DNA from: an uncultured Alistipes sp.
GTDB lineage: Bacteria; Bacteroidota; Bacteroidia; Bacteroidales; Rikenellaceae
Assembly (NCBI GenBank): GCA_964628945.1
Contig: CAZVNR010000001.1
Coordinates: forward strand, 29,032-93,031
Length of the DNA stretch: 64,000 nucleotides
Direction: 5' to 3'
The notes under the pieces were generated by a model, which did not search any database, was not told the origin of the DNA, and worked only from the letters and a program-made list of their open reading frames with translations. The translations under genes were made by a program, and so were the position numbers. Shown here piece after piece: positions 27,415-36,856 of this stretch. Within the stretch, counting starts at the first letter, position 1. Each line of letters starts with the position of its first letter.

Positions 27415-27963
27415 ATGAAAAAACTGTTTCTTTCTTTGCTTGCCCTTGTTGTATTGGGCATTGGAGCCTATGTGTGGGCTAATTGGATTTCGTACGATGA
27501 GGTGGATGACCTGCTGACGGGAGAGTTTGTGTTGGCCGATTGGCAGGTTACATCGAACTGCGACACGGCCGATTCGTTAGTTGTCTGTCAAACACCCATT
27601 AGAGGGATGAAAGTGCAGATAGAGCTTTCGGATGAACATGGATTTCGCCTAAAAGGCGAGGATGATGCACCTGTGATGCAAGCGGTGGTAAACTACTCTT
27701 GGAAACCACTCTTTACGCTGCGTAACTGCTGGTTTGGTACCGTGCATGCTCTTCAGCGTTGCTATGCCTCGACTGCAGTGACCGACAGTCTGAACAACGC
27801 CCTCAATGGAACGCGTTGGAAGTCGGGGTTATATAGTCAAGCAACGGCCAATTTTTACCCCTCCCGTAAATGGATCGGGGCAACTCATGTAGCCCTTGTG
27901 ATTGACCTAATCGACCCTGAAAATCAAAAAATTAATTGGCAATTGCATTTTGTGAAAAAGTGA
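27415..27963 (+). CDS. Membrane-anchored/exported hypothetical protein
   Basis: MKK plus hydrophobic helix; operon-like spacing. Confidence 0.72.
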   Translation: MKKLFLSLLALVVLGIGAYVWANWISYDEVDDLLTGEFVLADWQVTSNCDTADSLVVCQTPIRGMKVQIELSDEHGFRLKGEDDAPVMQAVVNYSWKPLFTLRNCWFGTVHALQRCYASTAVTDSLNNALNGTRWKSGLYSQATANFYPSRKWIGATHVALVIDLIDPENQKINWQLHFVKK

Positions 27964-27979
27964 CCAACACGAAAGACTT

Positions 27980-29224
27980 ATGAAAACAGCCAAAATATGT
28001 CTATTGTCCACGGTGGTATTCTTTTGCTGCTGTGTATCTAAGCACCCTAAGTCCATAAACTATGCAGAATTAAGCATGCAACGATGGGCGCTTTCTGATT
28101 CTCTGATGCAAACGGATGCAGGACGCCACGCAATGTGGGATACCATTTATGACAAGAGTACAATCTCCCAAGCCTGCACTGAGGTACGCAACCACAGTGG
28201 TCGGTTCGGATTCTTCTACTATAAAGGTGCACCCAATCTCGTTTTCTCAAAAGAGGAGTGGGACGCATTATCAAGCCATCAGCAAACCATCGCAACAAAA
28301 GTAGCCAAACAGCTCTACAATGCAAGATGCTTGGTAAAAACCTTTTTTATGCGACATGGAGAAATTTCGAAGTTTAACGAGCATTTCTACATCCATCAAG
28401 ACGGAGGGTGGTGTATCTCATACCGAATAGAGGCAGAACCCGATGATGCTGTACAGAGTTTATTTACATTAGAAACATTCATAATCAATCTACAAACATC
28501 CAAATTCAAATATTACAGCACAATTATAGAACGAAAACCTATCCCGGGATATCATCGCGGACTTATGGAACGCGATATTCGCTCTAGTTATCACAATAAA
28601 TGGATCGATATAGATGATCCTAGCTACAGCGACATAGCTCCACTTGTGAAAGCACTTCAAAAAGCAATAGACTGTAGCTTACTCGGAGAAGCTAAGTCTA
28701 TAGAGAACAAACTTACTACGGAGGCCGTACGGCCCGAAGAAAATCAACAGCTCCAACCCGAGGAAACACGCATTTGGAGAGAAATGAATGCTGCACTTGA
28801 AGGAAATTTGACAGACATTCAAGAACCTGCAGAGGGGAAGTCCCTGAATGAGATTCGTTTTGAGGGTTGGACCGATCAAGATTGGCTCGACAATGAGTAT
28901 ATCCGAACACTCCGAGCACATTTGGATGCTTATGTACAAGGGAATATTGCGGATCCGACTTTAGACCCATACAAAGAAGTGTTGCGAGGTAAGTTCGGAG
29001 TATGGGTAATCGAACCATTCATTCTCGGGGGCGTGCTAATCACGATTCTACCTATCGACGATCCTCAAAACCTATTAGAAGCATGGGTGTATAGCGAAGT
29101 CCAAGACGGTAAGGTAATCGGCTATTCAGTGATGACTATCAAACCCAGCGACACTCCAAGCGGGGTGTCCAAGGAGGAAATGGCGGAGATTATAGAGAAA
29201 AATCCCGAAATAATACTTTGGTAG
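27980..29224 (+). CDS. Hypothetical lipoprotein, apparently two domains
   Basis: Signal ending FFCCC; acidic C-terminal domain SLNEIRFEGWTDQDWLDNEYIR. Confidence 0.72.
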   Translation: MKTAKICLLSTVVFFCCCVSKHPKSINYAELSMQRWALSDSLMQTDAGRHAMWDTIYDKSTISQACTEVRNHSGRFGFFYYKGAPNLVFSKEEWDALSSHQQTIATKVAKQLYNARCLVKTFFMRHGEISKFNEHFYIHQDGGWCISYRIEAEPDDAVQSLFTLETFIINLQTSKFKYYSTIIERKPIPGYHRGLMERDIRSSYHNKWIDIDDPSYSDIAPLVKALQKAIDCSLLGEAKSIENKLTTEAVRPEENQQLQPEETRIWREMNAALEGNLTDIQEPAEGKSLNEIRFEGWTDQDWLDNEYIRTLRAHLDAYVQGNIADPTLDPYKEVLRGKFGVWVIEPFILGGVLITILPIDDPQNLLEAWVYSEVQDGKVIGYSVMTIKPSDTPSGVSKEEMAEIIEKNPEIILW

Positions 29225-29374
29225 AGGACTTGAACACTAACATTGCGCGTATGTTATGCAGAAGGGACAGTGCGAATAACCGTCCCTTTGAGTGAATTTA
29301 GGGGACTGCTTAAACCGAGTGCTATGACCTATTTTGAAGAATAAACCATTAATAACCAACAACAAAATCTCAAC

Positions 29375-30262
29375 ATGAAACTGTATATCTATATTATCCT
29401 TGCTTTGCTGTCAACAGGATGCGATAGGGATAAAGATCGGCACATCGAACTGCTTCAAATGCAACTTGATTCGATCACAACAAACTACCATCAGATCGAG
29501 CAATCGTTCACACTATTTGAATCGAAAAAGGAGTGCTATCAAGCGGAAATTCAACGCGCAGACTCACTTATGCGCATCATCGATTCACTGCAAAGACAAC
29601 TCGCTGATCCGTTTTCGTTTAAGAATTTGGTGCGCGTACGCTACCGCAACAAAATAAACGGCTATCGGGTTAGTGCAGTGTGGCAGCCTGAATATTCAGG
29701 CTGGAAGGGGAAAGTAATCGGGAAAGCAATACTTAATTTCAGCAAAAACAATGTGACATTTTCGATGGTTCACAGCCATTTTTTTCTCCAAGGCGCAGAA
29801 GGGGAGAGTGATAGTGCACAATTTTCGTATGATTACAACAAGATATACGAAATCTGCTATCCTGCCACCTCCGACGGCTCATATTTACGAGATGATGTAC
29901 CTTTTTTCTTTGTAGATGGCGGTAAAAAATTGGTGCTAACCATGTGGTTTGAAGGGCAAAGACACTCAAACGCCTATCGATTCTACTTGATGGATAGCGA
30001 TGGCACTTGCAAACAGGATGATCTGTATCAGATCACATACAACCCACCATATAAAGACATTGACGACTCAACAGAGTTTTTGGGTGATCAAATCATCAAC
30101 CATGCCAGCAATGGAGCATTCGAGTGGTCTACGGAGTATTACAAAAAAAATAAATGGGGTACATATAAATTACATAGAATTGTTCAGCGAAAGGATGACA
30201 CACTCTATACCTACAAGCCCCTCAGATTGATAGATCGGCAATATATTGAACAATCCCATTAA
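29375..30262 (+). CDS. Hypothetical lipoprotein: coiled coil plus beta-rich domain
   Basis: LSTGC lipobox; heptad region; PFFFVDG...GQRHSNAYRFY. Confidence 0.72.
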   Translation: MKLYIYIILALLSTGCDRDKDRHIELLQMQLDSITTNYHQIEQSFTLFESKKECYQAEIQRADSLMRIIDSLQRQLADPFSFKNLVRVRYRNKINGYRVSAVWQPEYSGWKGKVIGKAILNFSKNNVTFSMVHSHFFLQGAEGESDSAQFSYDYNKIYEICYPATSDGSYLRDDVPFFFVDGGKKLVLTMWFEGQRHSNAYRFYLMDSDGTCKQDDLYQITYNPPYKDIDDSTEFLGDQIINHASNGAFEWSTEYYKKNKWGTYKLHRIVQRKDDTLYTYKPLRLIDRQYIEQSH

Positions 30263-30269
30263 TCATCTA

Positions 30270-30305
30270 CACGCACGGGTTGCCAAAATGCAACCCGCGT
30301 TTTTT
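30270..30305 (+). terminator. Intrinsic terminator closing islet (ii)
   Basis: ACGCACGGGTTGC...GCAACCCGCGT plus T-run. Confidence 0.7.
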
Positions 30306-30595
30306 ACACCCAAATAATTTAATAATTTCTACACCCATATTTTTTTAGCTCAAATTTTTCCGCTCATATTTTCCCGCTCCCCCGCACGCGATTTAACATA
30401 ATGTAAATATTAATCCATATATTTACACTCGGAAATAGAGTAGTTAATATACAGCAATTGATTTGTTTTACCTCAATGAATACTTTAAGTAGATTCGAAA
30501 AAAAACAAGGCAATCTCACGGAGAAGATAGCCTTACATATGTTCAATTTGCACGATCGCTTCAACCTGTGACAAACCGGCGACAAACCGGCGATC

Positions 30596-31069
30596 CTACT
30601 GCGGCGGCAGATAGCTCTCGAATGAGCCGTCATCGTAGCAAATCACGATGCGCACAGGGCGTGCGCCCGTGCGATTGGACGGTGCCGGCGCGGCCGGTCG
30701 CAGCTCACCGACGGATGGTGAGGCCGACGAGGTGTTCTGCGCAGAAATTTGCGAGGGATTCTGCACCGCGCGAAACAGATCGGGAGCCGCGTCCGCCTCG
30801 GGGGTGTTCGTCGCCGTATAAGCCCCCGAAACATCGTCATCGGCCAACGACGGCGCAGCATCGCGGTACATCGTCCCACTGTCGAGCAGGAGCCAGTCGG
30901 GATTAATACGGGGGAAACGGCGCAGGATCTTCTGCAAAAGATCGTACCCGGGCTTGTTGCGGCCGGCCAATAGGTGCGAGATCCCCGCAGGGTTCACACC
31001 GAGCATCTCGGCAAACTGACTCGGGCGCAAACCCTCCTTTTCGAGTAAATCGCGTAATTTCTGATGCAT
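30596..31069 (-). CDS. XRE/Cro-like HTH protein of the Bacteroidetes type
   Basis: FAEMLGVNPAGISHLLAGRNKP..INPDWLL; C-terminal RIVICYDDGSFESY. Confidence 0.87.
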   Translation of the reverse strand: MHQKLRDLLEKEGLRPSQFAEMLGVNPAGISHLLAGRNKPGYDLLQKILRRFPRINPDWLLLDSGTMYRDAAPSLADDDVSGAYTATNTPEADAAPDLFRAVQNPSQISAQNTSSASPSVGELRPAAPAPSNRTGARPVRIVICYDDGSFESYLPPQ

Positions 31070-31726
31070 AATCGTAATTTTTCACAAAAGTAAACATTTT
31101 TCTTTTGTAATCCAAGAAAATTTGCAATTTGTTAAATGTTAATTGTTGTTGAAAAACTTTACAAGCGTAAAGCGCAAAATATGGTTAAGTACAAGCCAGC
31201 AACCATTTCGCAGAAATACTTTACGCAGATCATCGTATCTTGCTGGTTTTTAAGTGTTTTACAATTCATTTTCTGCCACATCTACCAATTAAGTGAAATG
31301 AGGGCTAAAACAGGCTTTCCGCATTTGATTTAAGTTGACATAATTCTCATAAGTGGCTGGTTTTTAGCGGTTCATTTTTGATTGTTTAGCGATTGAATCA
31401 GCCTCCGAGGCGGGTTGAAACGGGTGTTGCGCTACCCTATTCCGATTGTTTACAGATGTTGAAATTAACAGTTGTGAACAGCTCTATTGTTTTACTTTTG
31501 TAAACACAACCAACCTGTTTACAACTTTCAACACTTTACAAATGTAATTACAAATGTTAAAACACCCCATTTTTCGACGAAAATAAAACGAAACGGATTG
31601 CCGGCCGCGATTTTATCGTCAACAGCCAATTTAATGCGAGATTATGTTAAATAACAAAATGCCGAGCAGGGAGATAACCTCCTCTACTCGGCTATGGATC
31701 AGCGAATTAAAAATATGTAAACTTCC
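31070..31726. other. AT-rich non-coding region with clustered TGTNNACA motifs; possible replication origin or protein-binding array
   Basis: TTTTTCACA at 31078; TGTTTACA, TGTGAACA, TGTAAACA, TGTTTACA within 31447-31523. Confidence 0.4.
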
Positions 31727-32116
31727 CTATTCGATGCGGATCTTGGCGGCGATCTCGGCGAACTCTTCCGGAGTCAATTGGAGCTTCTCGCGGTGGAAAT
31801 CGACATCTTTTTCGCTCTGAATCGGGATCAAATGGATATGCGCATGGGGTACTTCGAGCCCTAAAACGACCACAGCAACGCGCGCGCAGTCGATATTTTG
31901 TTTGATCTGTGCCGCTACCCGCTTGGCAAAGACCATCATATCCCCTATCGTACGGTCGTCGAGGTCGAACAGGTAGTCCACCTCCTGCTTCGGAACAACG
32001 AGCGTATGCCCCTTCGTGAGCGGATTGATGTCCAAAAATGCGTAGTAGCGGTCATCCTCGGCGACCTTGTAGGAGGGAATCTCGCCGGCGATAATGCGTG
32101 AAAAAATCGTAGCCAT
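31727..32116 (-). CDS. HIT-family hydrolase
   Basis: FLDINP..GHTLVVPK, VPHAHIHLIP. Confidence 0.93.
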   Translation of the reverse strand: MATIFSRIIAGEIPSYKVAEDDRYYAFLDINPLTKGHTLVVPKQEVDYLFDLDDRTIGDMMVFAKRVAAQIKQNIDCARVAVVVLGLEVPHAHIHLIPIQSEKDVDFHREKLQLTPEEFAEIAAKIRIE

Positions 32117-32144
32117 AATAACTCTCTGTTTTTTATATATCTGT

Positions 32145-32714
32145 TTACTCGTACTCTTGGTATTTCGGTTTCAGCACCTCGCTATAGATCACGGCTCGCT
32201 CCAAATCGAACTCCGCCGCAAGCGAACTACCCTCCTGCTCGGCGGCCGGTTGCACAGCCTCCGGTTGTGCAGTCGCCTGCCGCGAGGATTTCACCGTCTC
32301 GAGCAGCTGCGCGAGGGGTTGCGAATTGACACGAGGCGAGCTGTCGGATGCCGACGGGCGGGTCGGGGCGGTTGTTTCATTGACGATCGTCTCGAGTGAC
32401 ATGGGTTGCTCGTAGGCGGGCGCGGGGATCTCCTCCAACGATTGCGCCTCGATCACCTCTTCGTGGCGACGGCGGCGCAACTCCTCGAGTCGTTGCCGAC
32501 GAGCCACTGCGCGTCGGGCACGCTCGGCCTCTTCTGCGGCCTCCTCATCAACCTCTTCCAACGGCAGGAAGGGCGGCATCGGCTGCTTATCGGCCGTCGC
32601 CTCTTCGTTCGCCTCTTCCGTCTCGTTCTCCTCTTCCGCATCCTTACGAAAACTCTTTGCGAGTGAGATGGCAGCAAAAATGATCAGAAGGATATATTGT
32701 CCCCAATCTTCCAT
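32145..32714 (-). CDS. Hypothetical protein: N-terminal TM, low-complexity middle, conserved-looking C-terminus
   Basis: C-terminal FDLERAVIYSEVLKPKY; co-oriented with relA and HIT. Confidence 0.78.
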   Translation of the reverse strand: MEDWGQYILLIIFAAISLAKSFRKDAEEENETEEANEEATADKQPMPPFLPLEEVDEEAAEEAERARRAVARRQRLEELRRRRHEEVIEAQSLEEIPAPAYEQPMSLETIVNETTAPTRPSASDSSPRVNSQPLAQLLETVKSSRQATAQPEAVQPAAEQEGSSLAAEFDLERAVIYSEVLKPKYQEYE

Positions 32715-32729
32715 ACGACATTGTGTTTA

Positions 32730-34928
32730 TTAGTTCAGCGTGCGTTTTACGCTCTCCAAGCCCTTAATTTGGCGCAATTTGTCCATCAGTGCCTGCAGAC
32801 TCTCGACATCCTTCACATAGAGGCTCAAATTGCCCTCGAAGATGCCGGCGTGGCTCTTGATGTTGATCTCGCGCATATTGATATTGAACTCGTCGCTGAT
32901 CACATGCGCCAGCTCGAGCAGGATACCCTTGCGGTCGATACCGCGCAACTCCACCGTCACGAGGTACGACATCGCCTTCTGGCGCGACCACAGAATCTCC
33001 TCCTTGACGATGTTCTTGCCGTGCTGCGCCGCGAGGCGATTCAGCTCGTTGCAGCTCGCCTTGTGGACGATGATCTTATCCGTTGCGGGGTCGTGATACC
33101 CCACCACCTTATCGCCCGGGATCGGGTGGCAGCACTCGGCCACCTCGAACTGCTGTTGCGGTTTCTTCTCCTCGTGCTGGAGGGGTTGATCCGCTTCAAC
33201 CTTTTCTTTATGTGGGATAAAGAATGTCCAGAATTTCAGCAGCTTGCGGCTCGAATCAGACTTCAGCACCTTCTCCAAATTGCTCAAATCGACGATACCG
33301 GCGCCGATCTTCGAGTAGAGCTCCTCCTTGTTCGAGCTTTCGTAGGCGGGAATGATCTTGCGCAGCACATGACCCGTCAGTTGGATGTTGAGTTGCTGCA
33401 TCCGCTCGTCGAGCATCTGCTGACCGCGCTCGATGTTGTTTTGGCGTTCGCGCTTCAGGAAGCTCTTGATCGCCTGCTTCGCCTTGGCCGTCGTGACGAT
33501 CTCGAGCCAGTCGGCCTTCGGGCGGGCATTCTCGGAGGTGATGATCTCGATCTGATCGCCGCTCTGAATCTGCGTGGTGATCGGTTTGAGTTCGTGGTTG
33601 ATCTTCGCACCGATCGCACTGTTGCCGATCTTCGAGTGGATGTCGTAGGCGAAGTCGAGCGCCGTCGAGCCGTAGGGCATCTGACGCGACTCCCCCTTCG
33701 GCGTGAAGACCACGATCTCGGCCATATAGAGCGAGAGTTTGAAGTTGTCGAGGAAATCGACCGCATTCTCCGTCGGGCTGTTCAACGCCGAGCGGATCTG
33801 CTTGAGCCACTTGTCGAACTCATCCTCATCCTGCGAGAGGGTTGCCTGCTTATATTTCCAGTGGGCGGCAAAACCGCGCTCGGCAACATCCTCCATACGC
33901 TGCGTACGGATCTGCACCTCGACCCACTCGCCATAGGGGCCCATCACGGTCGAGTGCAGTGCCTCGTAGCCGTTCGCCTTGGGCATCGAGATCCAGTCGC
34001 GCAGGCGGTCGGGTTTCGGGGTGTAGATGTCGGTGATTGTCGAGTAGATCTGCCAGCACTGCGTCTTCTCCGAGGGGAACGGCAGCGGCTTAAAGACGAT
34101 GCGGATGGCGAAGAGGTCGTAGATCTCCTCGAAGGGGATCTGCTTGTGTTGCATCTTCGTCCAGATCGAGTAGATGCTCTTCACACGCCCCGAGATCTCG
34201 TAGTTGATATGGTCACGGTCGAGTGCCTCGATGATCGGGGCGTTGAATTTGTTGATAAACTCGCGGCGAGCACCCTCACTCTCGTCCAGCTTCTGTTTGA
34301 TCTCGGCGTACTGCTGCGGGAAGCGGTACTTCATACAGAGGTCCTCCAACTCGTTCTTGATCGAGTGCAGACCCAAACGGTAGGCCAACGGCGCGAAGAG
34401 ATAGATCGTCTCGCCCGTGATTTTGATCTGCTTGTTGAGCGGCATCGCCCCCAGCGTGCGCATATTGTGCAGGCGGTCGGCGATCTTGATCAGGATCACA
34501 CGCACATCGTCCGAGAGCGTGAGCAGCACCTTGCGGAAGTACTCCGCCTGCTCCGAAGTCTCGGCATTGAAGACACCGGACATCTTCGTCAGGCCATCGA
34601 CCATCGAAGCGATCTTCGGCCCGAAGATGCGCTCCATATCCTCCACGGTGTACTCCGTATCCTCCACCACATCGTGCAGGAGCGAGGCCACGACCGACTT
34701 CACCCCCAACCCGATCTCATCGACCGCGATCTTGGCGACCGCAATCGGATGTAGCAGGTAGGGTTCGCCCGAGCGACGCCGTACCCCCTGATGGGCCTCT
34801 TTAGCGAGGAAGAAGGCGCGTTTGATGAAGTTCCAATCCTCCTCGTTCTTGCAGATCTTCGTGCAAGAGTAGAGCAGATCTTCCCACTTCTCTCTGATCA
34901 AAATCTCATCTTCAGCCGTGTAATCCAT
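32730..34928 (-). CDS. relA: Bifunctional (p)ppGpp synthetase/hydrolase
   Basis: RRSGEPYLLHP, LHDVVED, GRVKSIYSI, TGS (FAYDIH) and ACT domains. Confidence 0.93.
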   Translation of the reverse strand: MDYTAEDEILIREKWEDLLYSCTKICKNEEDWNFIKRAFFLAKEAHQGVRRRSGEPYLLHPIAVAKIAVDEIGLGVKSVVASLLHDVVEDTEYTVEDMERIFGPKIASMVDGLTKMSGVFNAETSEQAEYFRKVLLTLSDDVRVILIKIADRLHNMRTLGAMPLNKQIKITGETIYLFAPLAYRLGLHSIKNELEDLCMKYRFPQQYAEIKQKLDESEGARREFINKFNAPIIEALDRDHINYEISGRVKSIYSIWTKMQHKQIPFEEIYDLFAIRIVFKPLPFPSEKTQCWQIYSTITDIYTPKPDRLRDWISMPKANGYEALHSTVMGPYGEWVEVQIRTQRMEDVAERGFAAHWKYKQATLSQDEDEFDKWLKQIRSALNSPTENAVDFLDNFKLSLYMAEIVVFTPKGESRQMPYGSTALDFAYDIHSKIGNSAIGAKINHELKPITTQIQSGDQIEIITSENARPKADWLEIVTTAKAKQAIKSFLKRERQNNIERGQQMLDERMQQLNIQLTGHVLRKIIPAYESSNKEELYSKIGAGIVDLSNLEKVLKSDSSRKLLKFWTFFIPHKEKVEADQPLQHEEKKPQQQFEVAECCHPIPGDKVVGYHDPATDKIIVHKASCNELNRLAAQHGKNIVKEEILWSRQKAMSYLVTVELRGIDRKGILLELAHVISDEFNINMREINIKSHAGIFEGNLSLYVKDVESLQALMDKLRQIKGLESVKRTLN

Positions 34929-35004
34929 ATAAAACCATTTATCGCCAGCCCTGCCCCTCGGGGGCAAAGCTGACGGTTTTTTATTTCGTGTAATTCACCA
35001 AACG

Positions 35005-36063
35005 CTACTCCTCGGCCGTCGGGGCTGCAACCTCCTTGCCACCCTTCGCGGCCTCCTTCTCGGCCTTCATCGCCTCGCGGAGCTTCGCCTCGACCTCGGC
35101 ACAGATCGCCGCATCCTGCGTCAGCAGCTCCTTCACGGCATCACGCCCCTGACCGATCTTCCGATCGCCATACGAGAACCACGAGCCGGCCTTCTTGATG
35201 ATGCCGTAATCGACACCGAGGTCGATGATCTCGCCCACCTTCGAGATACCCTCGCCGAACATAATATCGAACTCGGCGCGGCGGAACGGAGGTGCCACCT
35301 TATTCTTGACGATCTTGACACGGGTACGCGTACCGAGCTGCTCCTCGCCATCCTTGATGACCGACACACGACGGATGTCGATGCGCACCGATGCGTAGAA
35401 CTTCAGTGCATTACCGCCCGTGGTCGTCTCTGGGTTGCCGTAGATCACGCCGATCTTGTCGCGCAACTGGTTGATGAAGATGCAGACGGTCTTCGTCTTC
35501 GAGATCGACGAGGTGAGCTTACGCATCGCCTGCGACATCAGACGAGCCTGCAGACCCATCTTCGAGTCGCCCATCTCGCCCTCGATCTCCGCCTTGGGCG
35601 TGAGGGCGGCCACCGAGTCGATGACGATGATGTCGATCGCGCTCGAGCGGATCAGCGAGTCGGCGATCTCGAGTGCCTGCTCACCGTTGTCGGGTTGCGA
35701 GATCAGGAGGTTATCGACATCCACACCGAGTTGCTGGGCGTAGTAGCTGTCGAAAGCGTGCTCGGCATCGATGAAGGCGGCGATACCGCCCGCCTTTTGT
35801 GCCTCGGCGATGGCGTGGATGGCCAGCGTCGTCTTACCCGACGACTCGGGGCCGAAGATCTCGATGATGCGGCCCTTGGGGTAACCGCCCACACCGAGCG
35901 CCATATCGAGCGTCACGGATCCGGTCGGGATCACGGGCACATCATTCACCTCGTTGCTGTTCATACGCATAATCGAGCCTTTGCCAAAATCCTTCTCGAT
36001 CTTGGCCATCACCGCGTTCAAGACCTTGAGCTTGTCGGGGTTTACTTGTACTTTCTCTGCCAT
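35005..36063 (-). CDS. recA: Recombinase A
   Basis: [38 protein letters not shown]. Confidence 0.98.
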   Translation of the reverse strand: MAEKVQVNPDKLKVLNAVMAKIEKDFGKGSIMRMNSNEVNDVPVIPTGSVTLDMALGVGGYPKGRIIEIFGPESSGKTTLAIHAIAEAQKAGGIAAFIDAEHAFDSYYAQQLGVDVDNLLISQPDNGEQALEIADSLIRSSAIDIIVIDSVAALTPKAEIEGEMGDSKMGLQARLMSQAMRKLTSSISKTKTVCIFINQLRDKIGVIYGNPETTTGGNALKFYASVRIDIRRVSVIKDGEEQLGTRTRVKIVKNKVAPPFRRAEFDIMFGEGISKVGEIIDLGVDYGIIKKAGSWFSYGDRKIGQGRDAVKELLTQDAAICAEVEAKLREAMKAEKEAAKGGKEVAAPTAEE

Positions 36064-36113
36064 AGTTGTATCTTATTTTTTCTTATTCTCCTTTTTGTGG
36101 GTAAAATTACCCT

Positions 36114-36144
36114 CAAAGATAACGATTAAAATTTAGAAATCAAA
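36114..36144 (-). promoter_or_regulatory. recA promoter
   Basis: Minus strand TTTG-N19-TATCTTTG; the -33 element lies in a heptamer array. Confidence 0.68.
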
Positions 36145-36317
36145 ATTAATTTTAGCGGTCAGCCGTCAGCTCTTCAAGGGAATCTAATTCATTTTTAATT
36201 TTTTCGGATCACCTGCAAAAGTCGGTAGGGCAATACGACCGAGCGTTCGTAGAATCCCGCCCGTCGCAGCGAACGAGCCGAGGAGAGCAAATTTGACCGC
36301 AGATCGCCGCGTTTTGC

Positions 36318-36464
36318 GTCATCTTGAGCGAAGCGAACCGACGCTGCGGAGCGAGAGCAGAGGCTGTTTACAGACTTTGCCGAGCCGCAAGGAGGAAGAC
36401 AAAGTCAAAGATCTGTATGTCAGCCGTGTACACCACACAGATTCTTCACTGCGTTCAGAATGAC
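36318..36464. repeat. REP-like palindrome with a second small inverted repeat nested inside
   Basis: GTCATCTTGAGCGAAGCGAA...AGATCT...AGATTCTTCACTGCGTTCAGAATGAC; insert TGCGGAGCGAGAGCAGAG...CTTTGCCGAGCCGCA. Confidence 0.65.
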
Positions 36465-36521
36465 GGTGTGGCGCGTATTTTCAGATCGCGCAGCCTCACA
36501 TTTTGAATTTTGAATTCCTGT

Positions 36522-36743
36522 TTAGTCCCACGAGTAGGTCACCTCGACCTGCTCGTTAAACTCCTCGGGGGTGTTGTTGAGCCGTTTGAGGCAGGCCGGA
36601 CAGCGGATCGCCGTCTGCGTTTCGACATAACCGAGCCCGTCGCCGCAACCGATGCAGGCCGGCAGGAAACCGAAGCCGGCATCGTTCGAGTGGTTGAATT
36701 GTGCGCCGCAATGTTTGCAACGAATCTTGTAAGCTGTTCCCAT
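36522..36743 (-). CDS. 73-aa Cys-rich (zinc-ribbon-like) protein
   Basis: Three CxxC pairs: CKHC, CIGC, CPAC. Confidence 0.78.
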   Translation of the reverse strand: MGTAYKIRCKHCGAQFNHSNDAGFGFLPACIGCGDGLGYVETQTAIRCPACLKRLNNTPEEFNEQVEVTYSWD

Positions 36744-36778
36744 AGTTGTAAAGTTTTAAGTGTTATTGTTCCTATTCA

Positions 36779-36819
36779 CACTGCAAAGGAACAACCCGCG
36801 AGTGACAACTTGTGACACA
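36779..36819 (-). promoter_or_regulatory. Putative WYL-regulated promoter, copy 1
   Basis: Minus strand TGTGTCACAAGTTGTCACT-N9-TTCCTTTGCAGTG. Confidence 0.65.
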
Positions 36820-36856
36820 GCAAAAGATTTTTCAATCAAAGACAAAAAAAATCGCA

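Noticed and set aside
23500..30305. Prophage, ICE or integron as the source of islet (ii)
   Set aside because: No integrase, transposase, phage or conjugation genes; no flanking direct repeats or repeated attC-like sites found by eye.
30569..30594. Direct repeat GACAAACCGGC x2 after the XRE gene as another WYL-type site
   Set aside because: Does not match the 19-mer and lacks the N9-TTCCTTTG element.
31136..31333. 65-aa ORF and other short ORFs in AT-rich or repeat-filled intergenic regions (23325-23694, 30364-30633, 36324-36506, 53947-54471)
   Set aside because: No coding signature; they are read-throughs of regulatory or repeat DNA.
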